Positions 39,468-49,339 of a stretch of DNA of 55,173 bases are shown here, piece by piece. This DNA comes from a virus (taxonomy: Duplodnaviria > Caudoviricetes), in IMG/VR virus record IMGVR_UViG_3300043607_000025, positions 1-55,173 of that record; one strand, given 5' to 3'. The number at the start of each line of letters is the position of its first letter. Positions within the stretch are counted from its first letter, which is position 1. A program made the position numbers and the translations under genes. The notes under the pieces are model-generated. The model ran no database searches. It was given only the letters and a program-made list of their open reading frames with translations, and was not told the DNA's origin.

Positions 39468-40393
39468 GCATGTGTGTCCACGAAATGAGCGATGCGTGCG
39501 TGAGCTTGGACGAGATCGATGTCCTTGTTGCACTGGTGCTGGGGCAGGAAGCAGTTGCACGGCCGCACTGGGTCGATGCCGAGCGTGGGCGCGAAGCGCG
39601 CGCCATACGCATAGAAGCGCGACGACTCGCGCCCGCCGTAGACACCGATCACCGGCGTGCCGACAGCTTGCGACAGGATCAACGCGAAGCCGGGCGAGCA
39701 GAAGGTGAGCGCAGCGGATGCGATCAAACCAATCATGGCCTCGGCGTCCAGCTCGCCCGCGTGCAGGACAACGTCGGCATCCAGATGGTCGCCACAAATC
39801 CATTCGACGCCGTCGACCAGGTCGGCGATCGACACCACGAAGAACCGGGAGCGGATGGCGTTGTAGATCGCCGCGTAAGCCTTCGGGTCTGGATTGCGGG
39901 TGGCGCAGCCGCCCCACTCGGTGCGGTCGACCAGCGGGCGCAGCACCATGATAGGACGGCCGGGCCGTGGGCGAACGATGTGCAGTGCCTTCGCGCGCCA
40001 TGCCTGCGGCACCGGCAACGAGAAGTCCGCGCCGTCGAGCTCCTGACGCAGCGTATAGCGCAGCATGCCGCCCAGGATGGAGCCCGAGGCGCGAATGCAC
40101 GTCGTGTCGTACCAGATCTTTTTTTTCTTTGGCGGGATGATTGTCCGCCGCAGGCGCGCATAGCTTTCGCTCTCGCGCAGAACGTTCTTGCGTTGGGTGC
40201 GCAGCGTCGTTCGGGCCGGCGGCAATACCGCAAACCGCTCGCCGACGAGGTCGTGATAAAGGCACGGCCACGGGGTGTGGAGCCACACGTCCGAATCCGA
40301 CGTCGCGAGCACGCGGCGCACGAGCGCGCGCTGGTGCACGTTGTCGCCGAGCCCGTGCATGCCATCGAACACGATCGGCGCGGTCATCTTCAT
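39389..40393 (-). CDS. GT9-like glycosyltransferase
   Basis: HGLGDNV N-terminal motif; LIASAALTFCSPG..LSQAVGTPVIGVYG. Confidence 0.7.
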   Translation of the reverse strand: MKMTAPIVFDGMHGLGDNVHQRALVRRVLATSDSDVWLHTPWPCLYHDLVGERFAVLPPARTTLRTQRKNVLRESESYARLRRTIIPPKKKKIWYDTTCIRASGSILGGMLRYTLRQELDGADFSLPVPQAWRAKALHIVRPRPGRPIMVLRPLVDRTEWGGCATRNPDPKAYAAIYNAIRSRFFVVSIADLVDGVEWICGDHLDADVVLHAGELDAEAMIGLIASAALTFCSPGFALILSQAVGTPVIGVYGGRESSRFYAYGARFAPTLGIDPVRPCNCFLPQHQCNKDIDLVQAHARIAHFVDTHACRCRPFRNRDLTCGPSIGPACRGAT

Positions 40394-41034
40394 GCCGCCA
40401 CCCGCCGCTCGAGCACGTCGGTGAGCTCGACGACCGGCCACAGGTCGGCGTAGGCGCTGGGACCGGCGATGAGCAGCGTGATCCCCATGGCCCGCAACGG
40501 CTCGACCATTGTGGCGATATCGCCGCGATGGCGATCGTAGCGTTCCGGCTTCGGGCCCCAACGGTGCGGCTTGTGGTGCCACACCGTGCCATCCGGAGCC
40601 GCCTTGCCGTCGGCGCCGAGCCAGACGATGGTGCCGCCCTGGCCAACCAGGTGCGCCGCCAGGTTGGTCGCGGCGGTCAGCGACGTCCACTTCTGCGTCA
40701 GGGTGTCGGGCGCGCGCGCCAGTCCAGGCGGCTTGCCTTTGCGGCACAGCAGGACTTTCGGTTGATCGCTTAACATAGTCGATGTGGTGACGACGCGGCC
40801 GGCAAAGCCGGCGACCGCTGCCTTGTTCTCTGGTTCGTTCCACCAGCGCCAATCGCCGAAATATAGATAGTTGGCCCACGGCACCGCATGGACGCTCGAG
40901 TTGATGACGATCACGCGCCGCCCGCGCAACTGCTCGAGGTCGTGCGCGAGCACGGACGGACCGCCGGCAATGACGAAGCAGCATTCCCCCGGCCACTCGC
41001 GCGGTACCGACCAGAACGGCATCGACTTACCCAT
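40390..41034 (-). CDS. DUF115/Maf-like (sialyltransferase-like fold) protein
   Basis: CFVIAGGPS, VIVIN, LYFGD, IVWLGADG. Confidence 0.65.
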   Translation of the reverse strand: MGKSMPFWSVPREWPGECCFVIAGGPSVLAHDLEQLRGRRVIVINSSVHAVPWANYLYFGDWRWWNEPENKAAVAGFAGRVVTTSTMLSDQPKVLLCRKGKPPGLARAPDTLTQKWTSLTAATNLAAHLVGQGGTIVWLGADGKAAPDGTVWHHKPHRWGPKPERYDRHRGDIATMVEPLRAMGITLLIAGPSAYADLWPVVELTDVLERRVAA

Positions 41035-41248
41035 GGATAATGCGCCACGTCGGCAATCCCAGCAGCATGGCCACGATCATGTACAGAACGATCAGCAGCA
41101 CCACGAGCAAGTAGAGCCGCTGCACATTCCAGTCGATGCTGTAGCTGAACCACTTCGCGACCATGACGATGATCGCGCCGATCAGCACGAAGATGGCGGC
41201 CACGATTGCGGCATTGATCAGCCCGAGCAATAGTCCCGTCAATGACAT
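41027..41248 (-). CDS. Small two-TM membrane protein
   Basis: Two hydrophobic helices. Confidence 0.65.
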   Translation of the reverse strand: MSLTGLLLGLINAAIVAAIFVLIGAIIVMVAKWFSYSIDWNVQRLYLLVVLLIVLYMIVAMLLGLPTWRIIHG

Positions 41249-41420
41249 GGCAACCGCTCCAAGTCCTCAAGCTGACGCACTGGTGTAATCCCCCCAGGAC
41301 CGCGCGCCGCGCAGTTTGGTTACTTCCTCGCGCAACTCGCGCACTTGCTCTTTCAGCTTGCGGACTTCTTCTCTCAGATCCGCCAATGCATCTTCGCTCA
41401 TATCGGATGCCCGTTGATGG

Positions 41421-42041
41421 TCATGCGACACCCAGCCGCCGGAACGGCCGGATGAGATCGATCACCGGTGCCGACAGAAACCCGGAATTCGCCGTTGCCG
41501 TCGCCGAGGTGAAGTAACTGATCCGCGTATCGCCGTGGCTGATATCGCGGATGCTCGGGTCGCGCCCACCGGATGACCTGACTTCGAACACCGCCTCGAT
41601 GACTGCCTTGGCGAGCCTGGCCGGCGCCCCTTCCGGCAGATCGTAGCCGCCCGAATAGGCGACCGTGATCTTGTTCTCCCAGACGCCGTCCGGCATCCAG
41701 ATGCGTCCGGTCGGCGGGTCGAATTCGTAGTCGGCCGCGGTGGCGCCCAGTGTCGAGATCTCGATCACCTCGACCACCGGATAGAGCGACAGCGTCAACG
41801 CCTGCCGCGTCGGCAAGACTTCGTTGCGATCGAACGTAAACGTTTCCAGGCATTCCGCGCGCCCAAACCGCCGGTCGCAATATTCCGCAATGAGCCGTGA
41901 TTGAAACGTAATGGCGGCCTGCAGCGCCGCATCGTCCGCGCTGCCTTCGATCCCGAGCGCGAGCTTGAGGTCGTCGAGGCTGACCAGGTCCGGCCCGGCG
42001 CTGTCGGTCGACTCGTCGATGATCTCGAGGATCGAGTGCAT
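41421..42041 (-). CDS. Head-tail connector (adaptor)
   Basis: LVSLDDLKLALGI..DDAAL...IAEYCDRRF; YSGGY..P. Confidence 0.8.
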   Translation of the reverse strand: MHSILEIIDESTDSAGPDLVSLDDLKLALGIEGSADDAALQAAITFQSRLIAEYCDRRFGRAECLETFTFDRNEVLPTRQALTLSLYPVVEVIEISTLGATAADYEFDPPTGRIWMPDGVWENKITVAYSGGYDLPEGAPARLAKAVIEAVFEVRSSGGRDPSIRDISHGDTRISYFTSATATANSGFLSAPVIDLIRPFRRLGVA

Positions 42042-42659
42042 CTACTTGAACCTGACCGGCTCGAGCGGCCCGCCCTTGTCGTCCGGCCGAAAGTCACGGC
42101 CGTCGGCGCCGCGCTTGACGGCGAGGCGCCAGTCGTCCGACTTGCCGGGTTTCGCACTGGTCTCGACCTGGGCAATGAACAGCGACCCGCCGTGGCTGAC
42201 GGCGTCCCCTTGCACATAGGCCCGCTCGGTCCAGACCCCGGCGTCGAGCACAAGCGCCGTCTTGATCTCGTGAACGGTGCCGGCGAGCGATACCTGCAGC
42301 GTGCGCCCGCCATCGACCGAGGTTACCTTGGCGGCCTTCAGCACCTGCGCGATCCGCTCGTCGATGTGTTCCTGCAGCAACGTCAAGTCGCTCGCATTGC
42401 GGCCCGGCTCGCCTTTCTGGCCGCGTGCGCCATCCTTGCCGTCGAGGCCGGCGGCTCCTGCCACGCCAGGCTTCCCCGGTTCGCCGCGCTCGCCCTTGTC
42501 GCCCGCGTCGCCTTTTGGCCCACGCTTGCCTTCCGGTCCAGGGGCGCGCGCCAGTGCGCGAACCTCGTCCAGCGCCCGCCGTGCCAGCGCCAGGCCAGTG
42601 CCCAGTCCCTCGAACAGCGTATATGACGGAGCGGGAATGGCCGCCGGCTTCTCGCTCAT
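42042..42659 (-). CDS. Collagen-repeat head-region protein
   Basis: GXY stretch; [31 protein letters not shown]. Confidence 0.75.
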   Translation of the reverse strand: MSEKPAAIPAPSYTLFEGLGTGLALARRALDEVRALARAPGPEGKRGPKGDAGDKGERGEPGKPGVAGAAGLDGKDGARGQKGEPGRNASDLTLLQEHIDERIAQVLKAAKVTSVDGGRTLQVSLAGTVHEIKTALVLDAGVWTERAYVQGDAVSHGGSLFIAQVETSAKPGKSDDWRLAVKRGADGRDFRPDDKGGPLEPVRFK

Positions 42660-42669
42660 GCCGTGCCCC

Positions 42670-43485
42670 TCATGCTGCCAGCAGCCACACGACCACGGCG
42701 TCGTCATCGTCCTGCCGGCCAGCCGCAACTGCTTCCAGGCCGCCAATCACACCGAACCCATTGCCGCGCACGCCGATGGAACCCGCACCGTCGATCTCGA
42801 GGCCGAGAACGGCCGCCGCCGCCCCCTTCGCGCCACGGACGCCGCTGGCTGCCGCCTTGACCGTGAGAGGTGCTTGGCCCTGGCCGCGGGCGCCGGCCGC
42901 ACCAGCGGCCTCGCCAGCAAGACTGGACAGCACTCCAGCGCCGACACTGGTCGCAACAACGACGCCGTGCGCCTCGCCTTCAAGCGCCGGGAGTATTCCG
43001 TAACCGACGCCCTCGACCGGAACCGGCCGCGGCTTCGGCAACCAGCCGCCGCCATAGGCCGGCGGCTGGGCGACCTCGCCAGTGACCTCGCCCGCAAAGA
43101 CAGCCGCATCGGCGGCCTCGGTGGCGGCCAGCACACCGAACGCTGCCCCGGCATCGACGATCGCGCCCGCTGCAGCGAACGTATCGGCGGCCTCGACCGC
43201 GGCCAATGTGCCGGCGATGCCAGCGCCGACCAGCGTGCCGCTGCCGGCGAATGTGTCTACAGCCTCGGTTGCCGCCAGTGTGCCGGCAGCGGCGACGCCC
43301 CCAGCAAACGCTACGGCATCGCTTGCTTCGGTGGCGGTGAAAACCGCGCGCCAGGAAACCGACCCAGCCAATGCCGCAGCATCGGCAACCTCGGCCGCTG
43401 CCAACGTGGCAACGCCCGTGTCCTTTTTGCCGCTGCCGCCGCCCTGAGCTTTTACGCCCTGCTGTGTTCGGACGTGATCGGGCAT
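42670..43485 (-). CDS. Ala/Gly-rich repeat virion protein
   Basis: [10 protein letters not shown] repeats. Confidence 0.65.
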   Translation of the reverse strand: MPDHVRTQQGVKAQGGGSGKKDTGVATLAAAEVADAAALAGSVSWRAVFTATEASDAVAFAGGVAAAGTLAATEAVDTFAGSGTLVGAGIAGTLAAVEAADTFAAAGAIVDAGAAFGVLAATEAADAAVFAGEVTGEVAQPPAYGGGWLPKPRPVPVEGVGYGILPALEGEAHGVVVATSVGAGVLSSLAGEAAGAAGARGQGQAPLTVKAAASGVRGAKGAAAAVLGLEIDGAGSIGVRGNGFGVIGGLEAVAAGRQDDDDAVVVWLLAA

Positions 43486-43486
43486 T

Positions 43487-43867
43487 TCAAGCCGAGTGCG
43501 TGATCGTGGCTGCGGTGATCGACAGGTTCTGGCCCGCCGTGATCGAGACCGAGTTCAATTGAATGTCGCCGCTGCCGGCGCCCACAGTCAGCCCGGAGAT
43601 GACGACGGTGCCGGTGCTATCCTTGATGCGGGCGATCGCAGCGGTGCCGGTATTGTCGGCCGAGGTGTCACTGCGTGGCAGGCCCGCCATCGTGATCACA
43701 CCACCGCTCTCGGTAAACGACGGATCGGCGAGCGTGATGGTGGCCAGCACCGACGCATATGCCGCGGTACAGATCTCCAGCGTGCCGGGACCGGAGCCGG
43801 CATCGACAGCGGTGATGACCGCCGCCATCCGAACGCTTTTCAATGAAGTGGCGTAATTAACGGTCAT
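43487..43867 (-). CDS. Putative head decoration protein
   Basis: Appears paralogous to 43857..44231 (LA.I.L.DP, G.A..ARI, I.LN). Confidence 0.65.
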   Translation of the reverse strand: MTVNYATSLKSVRMAAVITAVDAGSGPGTLEICTAAYASVLATITLADPSFTESGGVITMAGLPRSDTSADNTGTAAIARIKDSTGTVVISGLTVGAGSGDIQLNSVSITAGQNLSITAATITHSA

Positions 43868-44231
43868 CGTTCGGCATCACCAATCGAAACGACTGCAGTC
43901 GCACCGGGCTGTTGCGGAAGATTCTGGTCGTGTTCAGCTTGATCACCGCGTCAGAATTCTCGTCGCCGACATCGCAGGAAAAGACCGGGCTGCCATCGGC
44001 TGCCGTGATGCGCGCGCCTGTTGCATTGCCTTGCGCCACTGCGGCGTCCTCCTCGGCAATCCTGTTGAACACCAGCTCACCGCCGACCGCTTCCTGGGCG
44101 GCCGGATTGGACAATGGCAGCACTGCCAATGTGCCGGTGTCCGACAGCAGCTCGATGCTGCCGCCGTTCATCATCTCGGCGAGCACGTCGAGCATGGCAT
44201 TACTCGCCGCCTCGGACAGGTTGACGATCAT
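43857..44231 (-). CDS. Putative head decoration protein (paralog)
   Basis: [23 protein letters not shown]. Confidence 0.65.
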   Translation of the reverse strand: MIVNLSEAASNAMLDVLAEMMNGGSIELLSDTGTLAVLPLSNPAAQEAVGGELVFNRIAEEDAAVAQGNATGARITAADGSPVFSCDVGDENSDAVIKLNTTRIFRNSPVRLQSFRLVMPNDDR

Positions 44232-44737
44232 GGCTCGTAGACCGGCACAAAGGCGCCGCTATCGTCGCGATCGATGCGCGTGACCCTGGGGGCCGGCGTT
44301 TCACGTGACACAATCGGCGGCAGCTCGTGCAGCAGGCGGGCCGCGCTCGCAACCTCGACGGCGAGTTCGGGCGGCAGCACGGCCGCCGCCACATTGGCCA
44401 GCGCTTCACCGACGCACTGTTGCACGATCGGCGTCAGCGGCTCGACCACGCCATCGGCTCCTTTCTCGCCGGGCGCCCCTGGGCTTCCTGGCGGCCCTGG
44501 TGGCCCTTCCGGCCCGAGATCGCCCTGCGGCCCTGGCAGTCCCTGCAGGCCTTGCGGGCCGCTTTGGCCTTGCGGCCCCGGCTCACCGGCGTCGCCCTTC
44601 TCGATCGGCCGCGCCTCGATCTCGGCCAGGCGCGCGGCGAGCGGCGCCAGCGCATCGGCCATGACGGTCGCAGTCTGCTGTTCGTGATCGGCGAGCAACT
44701 CGCCCAGCACTTTGGCCCAGTTTATTTGGTCAGTCAT
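44228..44737 (-). CDS. Collagen-repeat protein after the portal gene
   Basis: GAGGTG RBS; GXY stretch. Confidence 0.7.
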   Translation of the reverse strand: MTDQINWAKVLGELLADHEQQTATVMADALAPLAARLAEIEARPIEKGDAGEPGPQGQSGPQGLQGLPGPQGDLGPEGPPGPPGSPGAPGEKGADGVVEPLTPIVQQCVGEALANVAAAVLPPELAVEVASAARLLHELPPIVSRETPAPRVTRIDRDDSGAFVPVYEP

Positions 44738-44744
44738 TGCAGAC

Positions 44745-44773
44745 TTGACTCACCTCTTTCCGAATCGGACATT
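44745..44773 (+). promoter_or_regulatory. Putative sigma70 promoter for the stand-alone repeat RNA
   Basis: TTGACT-N17-GACATT, 15 nt upstream of the array. Confidence 0.45.
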
Positions 44774-44788
44774 GACGACGCTGTGCGG

Positions 44789-44903
44789 GACTTGACGCGA
44801 CGCGACGTGACAAGACGCGAATAGACGTGGCGAGGCAGGGCAAGACACGGTAGGGCAAGGCAAAGGATGGCGGCCGAGATGTGTCCCAATCATTTCGGTC
44901 GCC
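44789..44903 (+). ncRNA. Candidate stand-alone guide-like RNA: 15 x (GAC/GGY)-NN array plus 3' hairpin
   Basis: Unbroken 5-nt period over 44789-44863; hairpin 44869-44903 with G-U pairs on the + strand, then a T-run. Confidence 0.65.
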
Positions 44904-44910
44904 ACTTTTA

Positions 44911-46311
44911 TTAAGCCGCACGACGCAGTTTCTCATCGCGATAGCGGCGAGTCGCCAGCAATGCGATACTGGTTGCCTTCTCAGCATCAGCCGGTGACGG
45001 CGTTGGCGGCGCCTGGTCATTTGCAGGCGGTGCGGCCGGCGGCGACTTCGATGCAAACGGATCGTCCTGCGTGTCGCGCTTGGCCAGTGCCGCTAGCGAG
45101 TAATTCTGCTGCTGAAGGTAGGGCGACTCGCCGCCCTTGACCGGCTTGAGGTCGAGCTTGCCGCGGCCCTCGTTCGGCGCCATCACACCGGCGCCGACCG
45201 CATCGCGGACGGTGGTGACCAGCGTGATCGAATCCATCCGCAACAGCGTCTCGATGTCGAATTCGGTGCCGAGATCCGTGCCCGCAAGACCGAGGCCATA
45301 ATCGAGCAGTTCCTCGATCTCCTCGATGTGGCTTTGCAGCGCCTGCGAATAGTACTCGACGTTGAGCGCCTGGACGTTGTTGTAGCTCGGCAGCGCACCG
45401 ACGCCGACCTTGTACGGCGGCACGTGATAGACCGAGCACACAACCTCGGCCGACCATTTCAGGTTTTCGATCAACTGGCCCTCGACGTGGGTCATTGAGA
45501 CCTTTTCGTATTTCAAGCCTCCGCCCAGCACGGCGACTCGACCATAGTTGGCGCCCCCGAAGCGGGTTTCCCATTGCTCCTTGAACCGCGTCTGCTGGAC
45601 GTCGCTGATCTCGCCCGGCGCGGTAATGATGCCGCCAGGTGTCGACGAGTTCTCGAACAACAGCGCCGAAGCCCGCTGCGCGTTGAGGCCCAGCATCGAG
45701 GATAAGCCGCTGGCGAATACCGGCGGCGTGCCGACCAGCGGGTGGAACAGGCAATTCATCCGGTCGTGGATGATATCGCGCGCCGGGACGACGATCTCGC
45801 CGATGCCCGCGAGGTTATCGCTGCTCAGGCGGTAGAATACGGCGCTGTCGTCGCCATCGTCTGACACCAGCGGCTGCACCCTGGTCGGATCGAGGACGTG
45901 CAGGCCGACGACGACCTGACGATTGTCGCGCACCTTGAGCACGTAGGTGTTGCCGCGGCTGAGTTTTGAGAGCAACCAGCATTCCCAGAACTGATTGCGG
46001 GTCTGGTAGGAATTTGGTCGTCTAAGGACGGGACTAAACGCCGAGTTAGTGGTCTCGGTCCAAATATCGTCCTTATCCTGCTCGACCAATTTTACTCGCA
46101 GCTTGGCGATGTCGCGCGCGATCAACGTCTTGCATGCAAAGTCGGCATGGAAGCTCGACGCCGTGTCGGTGGTGATCGAGACGTTGCGCTGCCAGGCCCC
46201 GGCGAACGGTTCGCGGATGATCGGGAACCATCCGCCGCGGCCTTCCGATACCGAGCTCAACGCCTTCTGCTTCTCACCGGTGAACGGGATCGGCAGGCCA
46301 AAGATGCGCAC
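44911..46311 (-). CDS. Portal protein (HK97 family)
   Basis: RPNSYQT..FW, GNTY, IIHDR, FENSSTPGG, VYHVPP, MAPNEGR. Confidence 0.92.
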   Translation of the reverse strand: MRIFGLPIPFTGEKQKALSSVSEGRGGWFPIIREPFAGAWQRNVSITTDTASSFHADFACKTLIARDIAKLRVKLVEQDKDDIWTETTNSAFSPVLRRPNSYQTRNQFWECWLLSKLSRGNTYVLKVRDNRQVVVGLHVLDPTRVQPLVSDDGDDSAVFYRLSSDNLAGIGEIVVPARDIIHDRMNCLFHPLVGTPPVFASGLSSMLGLNAQRASALLFENSSTPGGIITAPGEISDVQQTRFKEQWETRFGGANYGRVAVLGGGLKYEKVSMTHVEGQLIENLKWSAEVVCSVYHVPPYKVGVGALPSYNNVQALNVEYYSQALQSHIEEIEELLDYGLGLAGTDLGTEFDIETLLRMDSITLVTTVRDAVGAGVMAPNEGRGKLDLKPVKGGESPYLQQQNYSLAALAKRDTQDDPFASKSPPAAPPANDQAPPTPSPADAEKATSIALLATRRYRDEKLRRAA

Positions 46312-46646
46312 TAGCGTGGTTCCCGTGAAACCTTCGAGATCTCGTGCTGCAGCCGGACAGCACCCCAGCGCTTGTCGATCTCGATGCCGAGCCGGTGCGC
46401 TTGCGCGCGCAGATCGTCGAGCGGATCGGTGGTCGCCTTGGTCTCGGCGGCCTGCGCCTTTTCCTCGATCTTGACCGGTGCCTTGGCCGTGGCCGCCTTG
46501 GCGCTCGGCCGGTCTTCGGCGAACTGCGCCTTGCGGGCGCCAACCAGGATGCGGGCGTGCATGTCGGTCGCGTCGAACTCGTCGCCGGCCTTGAGCCGCC
46601 GCGTGGCGTAGCTGTACGACTTCGTCGCGATCAGTTTGCGCGTCAT
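46311..46646 (-). CDS. Small head-region protein
   Basis: LRAQAHRLGIEIDKRWG HeH-like C-terminus. Confidence 0.7.
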   Translation of the reverse strand: MTRKLIATKSYSYATRRLKAGDEFDATDMHARILVGARKAQFAEDRPSAKAATAKAPVKIEEKAQAAETKATTDPLDDLRAQAHRLGIEIDKRWGAVRLQHEISKVSREPR

Positions 46647-46726
46647 TTACTCAGTCCCCATGGCCATCTTTGATTGCTCCAGACATCGAGGGCGGGCGGG
46701 AGGACAAGCCCGCCCTCGCCGGGACG

Positions 46727-48691
46727 TTACGCGGTGTGAACCGGGCCGCCCCAATCGGTGCTGGTCAGATACGCAACAGACTGCGTCCGTCCGCGCATCC
46801 AGTTGATGATGCGCTCCGCTCTGATCGCTACGGTGTTGGTCTGAAACATAGAGACCAGCGACGTTGCACCGGTTGGCGTACCGGAGTTATGCGCCGGCGC
46901 ATCCGACATTTCGAGCGAGGCTTCGCGGCTTGCGTCGATCGCAATGTCACCCTCATCCGCCACGAAGATGTCCGAGGCGTTGACAAGCACGACGATATTC
47001 ATCGCCTTGGTGATGTAATCGCTGGCGATCACCGGCATGCCGATGAGTGTGCCGCCCGCCATACTCATGCCGGGGAATTCCGACTGTCCGAGTGGATTGG
47101 TCATCATCGCCAATGCTATTGCATTGTTCGACGACATGATCCAAACGCCGCTCGAGACCGGATTATTGGCCGCCGCGAACTTGGCATACAGCGACCGGAT
47201 GTCGAGCCGGATGTCGTCGGCGTCATCACCCGACGATACAACCGTTGCGGCCCCGTTGGTGATCGAGGCTGGCGATACTCCCGTCACCGCGGTCTTCGCA
47301 GGATCGATGAAGTCGATATCCAATCGCTCCCGCAACGCCGCCGCCAGGCTGTCGCGCACGATCATGTCCGACTTTGGGTTGCTGTAGCGAATCGACTCGT
47401 CCGTCAGCGCGCAGATGTTCGCCACTTTCGTCGGAGCGAGCGTCGTACGCGCAAAGTTCAGCGAGGTTAGCGGCTTGGCCTTGCCCTCGCCAACCCAGTA
47501 ACCCGCACCGCCGCCGGTCTGCGTGATCAATGGCGTATTGAACATCACTGAACGCAGGGCGGGCACGCCGCCGATGCCGAAGCGGCCGAGGATGGTCATC
47601 GGCCGAAGATATTCCAGGAAAGCGGCGACCGCATTGGTATCCGTGCCAACGAGATTAGCGGCCCAGTTACCGGAGACCGTCGTGCCGGCCGGGACGTTGG
47701 CTTTGGTGAATTCACCGACGACGGCGCTATCGGGGCCGTACATTTCCGCAGCAATATCGGCGGCGGGGCGAAACACCTTCTGCGACAGAGCCAGGCATTT
47801 GACCTTCTGGGCAAACAACTGTCCAGGCTCCAGCTTCGGCTGCGGCTTGACGATGATCGAGGAGCCGCGCGCGTCGGAGCCTTCCTGCGCGGTGTTGGCT
47901 TTGGTCACCGGCCGAGCCGCGAACGCCTTGGCTTTCTCGACCTGGCGCAAGCGGACCAGATCCTTGTCGATGGCCGCGACCTCGCCTTCGAGCCGGTCGA
48001 ACTCCTCCGACTCCGCCGCGTCCGAGGTGCGGTCCTCGTCGAGCGTCTTCTGCATCACGGCTTCCATGCGGGTGGCACTCGCCATCCGCTTCGCTTCCAG
48101 CGCGGTTATTTGTTCTGCAATGGTCTTCATGGCGCCCTCCTGGGCTGATGTTCGTCCCGAGGCGCCGGGTGGGTTGAGATGCACGACAGCGCGTTGCATG
48201 CGGCCAGGCGCGGCCCGCTGCGCGACGTCGATCGACTTGACGGTGGCAATGGTGGTTTGCGCATTAGCCGGGATGGTCACGGCCGAGAGCTCAAGCCAAA
48301 GCCATTTGATGAAACGGATACCATTGCCGTCTTCGAGATAGGAATGCTCGAGCGACTTGAAGCCGATCGAGAGGCCCTGCACCAGCCCGGCTTTGATCGA
48401 CTGCCAGGCCTCGTCGAGCCTATCCTTGAGCTGTCCCGGCTCGGCGATGCTGACCATCTTGGCGACGATCTCGATTCCGTCCTTGGTGACCGTGGCCTTG
48501 GTGACGTGACCGATCGGCTGCCGCGAGTCGTGATGAAACAACAGTGGCAAGGGCAGCTTGAACTGCGCGCCGTCCGGCTCGACCACATCACCGAGCCGAT
48601 CCGGCGTCGGCGTCGTCGCCATGCCAGTAATGACGCGCGCATCCTCATCGACCTGCTTGATGGCAAGCAGGCTGTACGCTCGGTTGAGCAT
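46727..48691 (-). CDS. Prohead protease-major capsid protein fusion (HK97 fold)
   Basis: Protease motifs LLFHHD, GLSIGF, ELSAVTIPAN; coiled delta domain; WVGEG..KP; SMFQTNTVAIRAER. Confidence 0.92.
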   Translation of the reverse strand: MLNRAYSLLAIKQVDEDARVITGMATTPTPDRLGDVVEPDGAQFKLPLPLLFHHDSRQPIGHVTKATVTKDGIEIVAKMVSIAEPGQLKDRLDEAWQSIKAGLVQGLSIGFKSLEHSYLEDGNGIRFIKWLWLELSAVTIPANAQTTIATVKSIDVAQRAAPGRMQRAVVHLNPPGASGRTSAQEGAMKTIAEQITALEAKRMASATRMEAVMQKTLDEDRTSDAAESEEFDRLEGEVAAIDKDLVRLRQVEKAKAFAARPVTKANTAQEGSDARGSSIIVKPQPKLEPGQLFAQKVKCLALSQKVFRPAADIAAEMYGPDSAVVGEFTKANVPAGTTVSGNWAANLVGTDTNAVAAFLEYLRPMTILGRFGIGGVPALRSVMFNTPLITQTGGGAGYWVGEGKAKPLTSLNFARTTLAPTKVANICALTDESIRYSNPKSDMIVRDSLAAALRERLDIDFIDPAKTAVTGVSPASITNGAATVVSSGDDADDIRLDIRSLYAKFAAANNPVSSGVWIMSSNNAIALAMMTNPLGQSEFPGMSMAGGTLIGMPVIASDYITKAMNIVVLVNASDIFVADEGDIAIDASREASLEMSDAPAHNSGTPTGATSLVSMFQTNTVAIRAERIINWMRGRTQSVAYLTSTDWGGPVHTA

Positions 48692-48705
48692 GACGGTTGA
48701 CCTTT

Positions 48706-48798
48706 TCAGTACCGGAACATCACGACGGCGAACACGATTGCCACGGCGGCGATGAGCGCGGCGAGGCCCGTCGCTATCACCACGTCGTGGTCTATCAT
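48706..48798 (-). CDS. 30-aa single-TM peptide
   Basis: MIDHDVVIATGLAALIAAVAIVFAVVMFRY. Confidence 0.35.
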   Translation of the reverse strand: MIDHDVVIATGLAALIAAVAIVFAVVMFRY

Positions 48799-48915
48799 TG
48801 CTTTACTTGCCTGTTCTACGTTGTCCAAATAATAGAGCACAAATACTACTGCGAACACATTGATTACTTGATAAATCAAAGTACATTACAAGTATTGGAA
48901 CGAAGGAAGACAGAC

Positions 48916-49083
48916 ATGACCAAGCAAGACCCCATCAAGCAGACCGGCGCCTACCTCGACGCACACTGCGCAGCATTCAACGGCTGGAGCCTTCCGGTAG
49001 CCAAGAACGAGTTCGAGCAGCAGGCCATCGACCGGGGCCACTGGGACGGCTCCAAGGCCAGGGAACGGGCACTGGGGGCGTAA
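48916..49083 (+). CDS. 55-aa moron antisense within the head operon
   Basis: AAGGAAG RBS, AT-rich upstream region, hairpin CTGGGGGC-GTAA-GCCCCCAG at its 3' end. Confidence 0.5.
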   Translation: MTKQDPIKQTGAYLDAHCAAFNGWSLPVAKNEFEQQAIDRGHWDGSKARERALGA

Positions 49084-49111
49084 GCCCCCAGACCTCCCGC
49101 AGGAAGCGGCT

Positions 49112-49303
49112 TTAGCGCCGCTCTTGGACTTCGCTGCGCTTGACGACCTTTTCGGTGCCGTCCTCGAGCGTGACAACAACCTGGTCCTGACCGTCAGCAA
49201 ACCCCTGATCACCCTTTTGCGCGTCACGCATGTTGCGGATGTTCTTGCCCTGATATTGACCGTGCTGGCCGCCTTGTCCTTGTCCACCTTCCTGCTGTGC
49301 CAT
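49112..49303 (-). CDS. Small hypothetical protein
   Basis: AGGAG RBS; MAQQEGGQGQGG. Confidence 0.6.
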   Translation of the reverse strand: MAQQEGGQGQGGQHGQYQGKNIRNMRDAQKGDQGFADGQDQVVVTLEDGTEKVVKRSEVQERR

Positions 49304-49339
49304 GGCAATTTGCTCCTTTGGTTGCCTGGTTGAACTCAC

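Noticed and set aside
39468-40646. 590-aa methyltransferase ORF and other long N-terminal extensions in the ORF track (10654, 15268, 40996, 52410)
   Set aside because: The extensions overlap better-supported neighbouring genes; starts were trimmed to RBS-supported or coupled codons.
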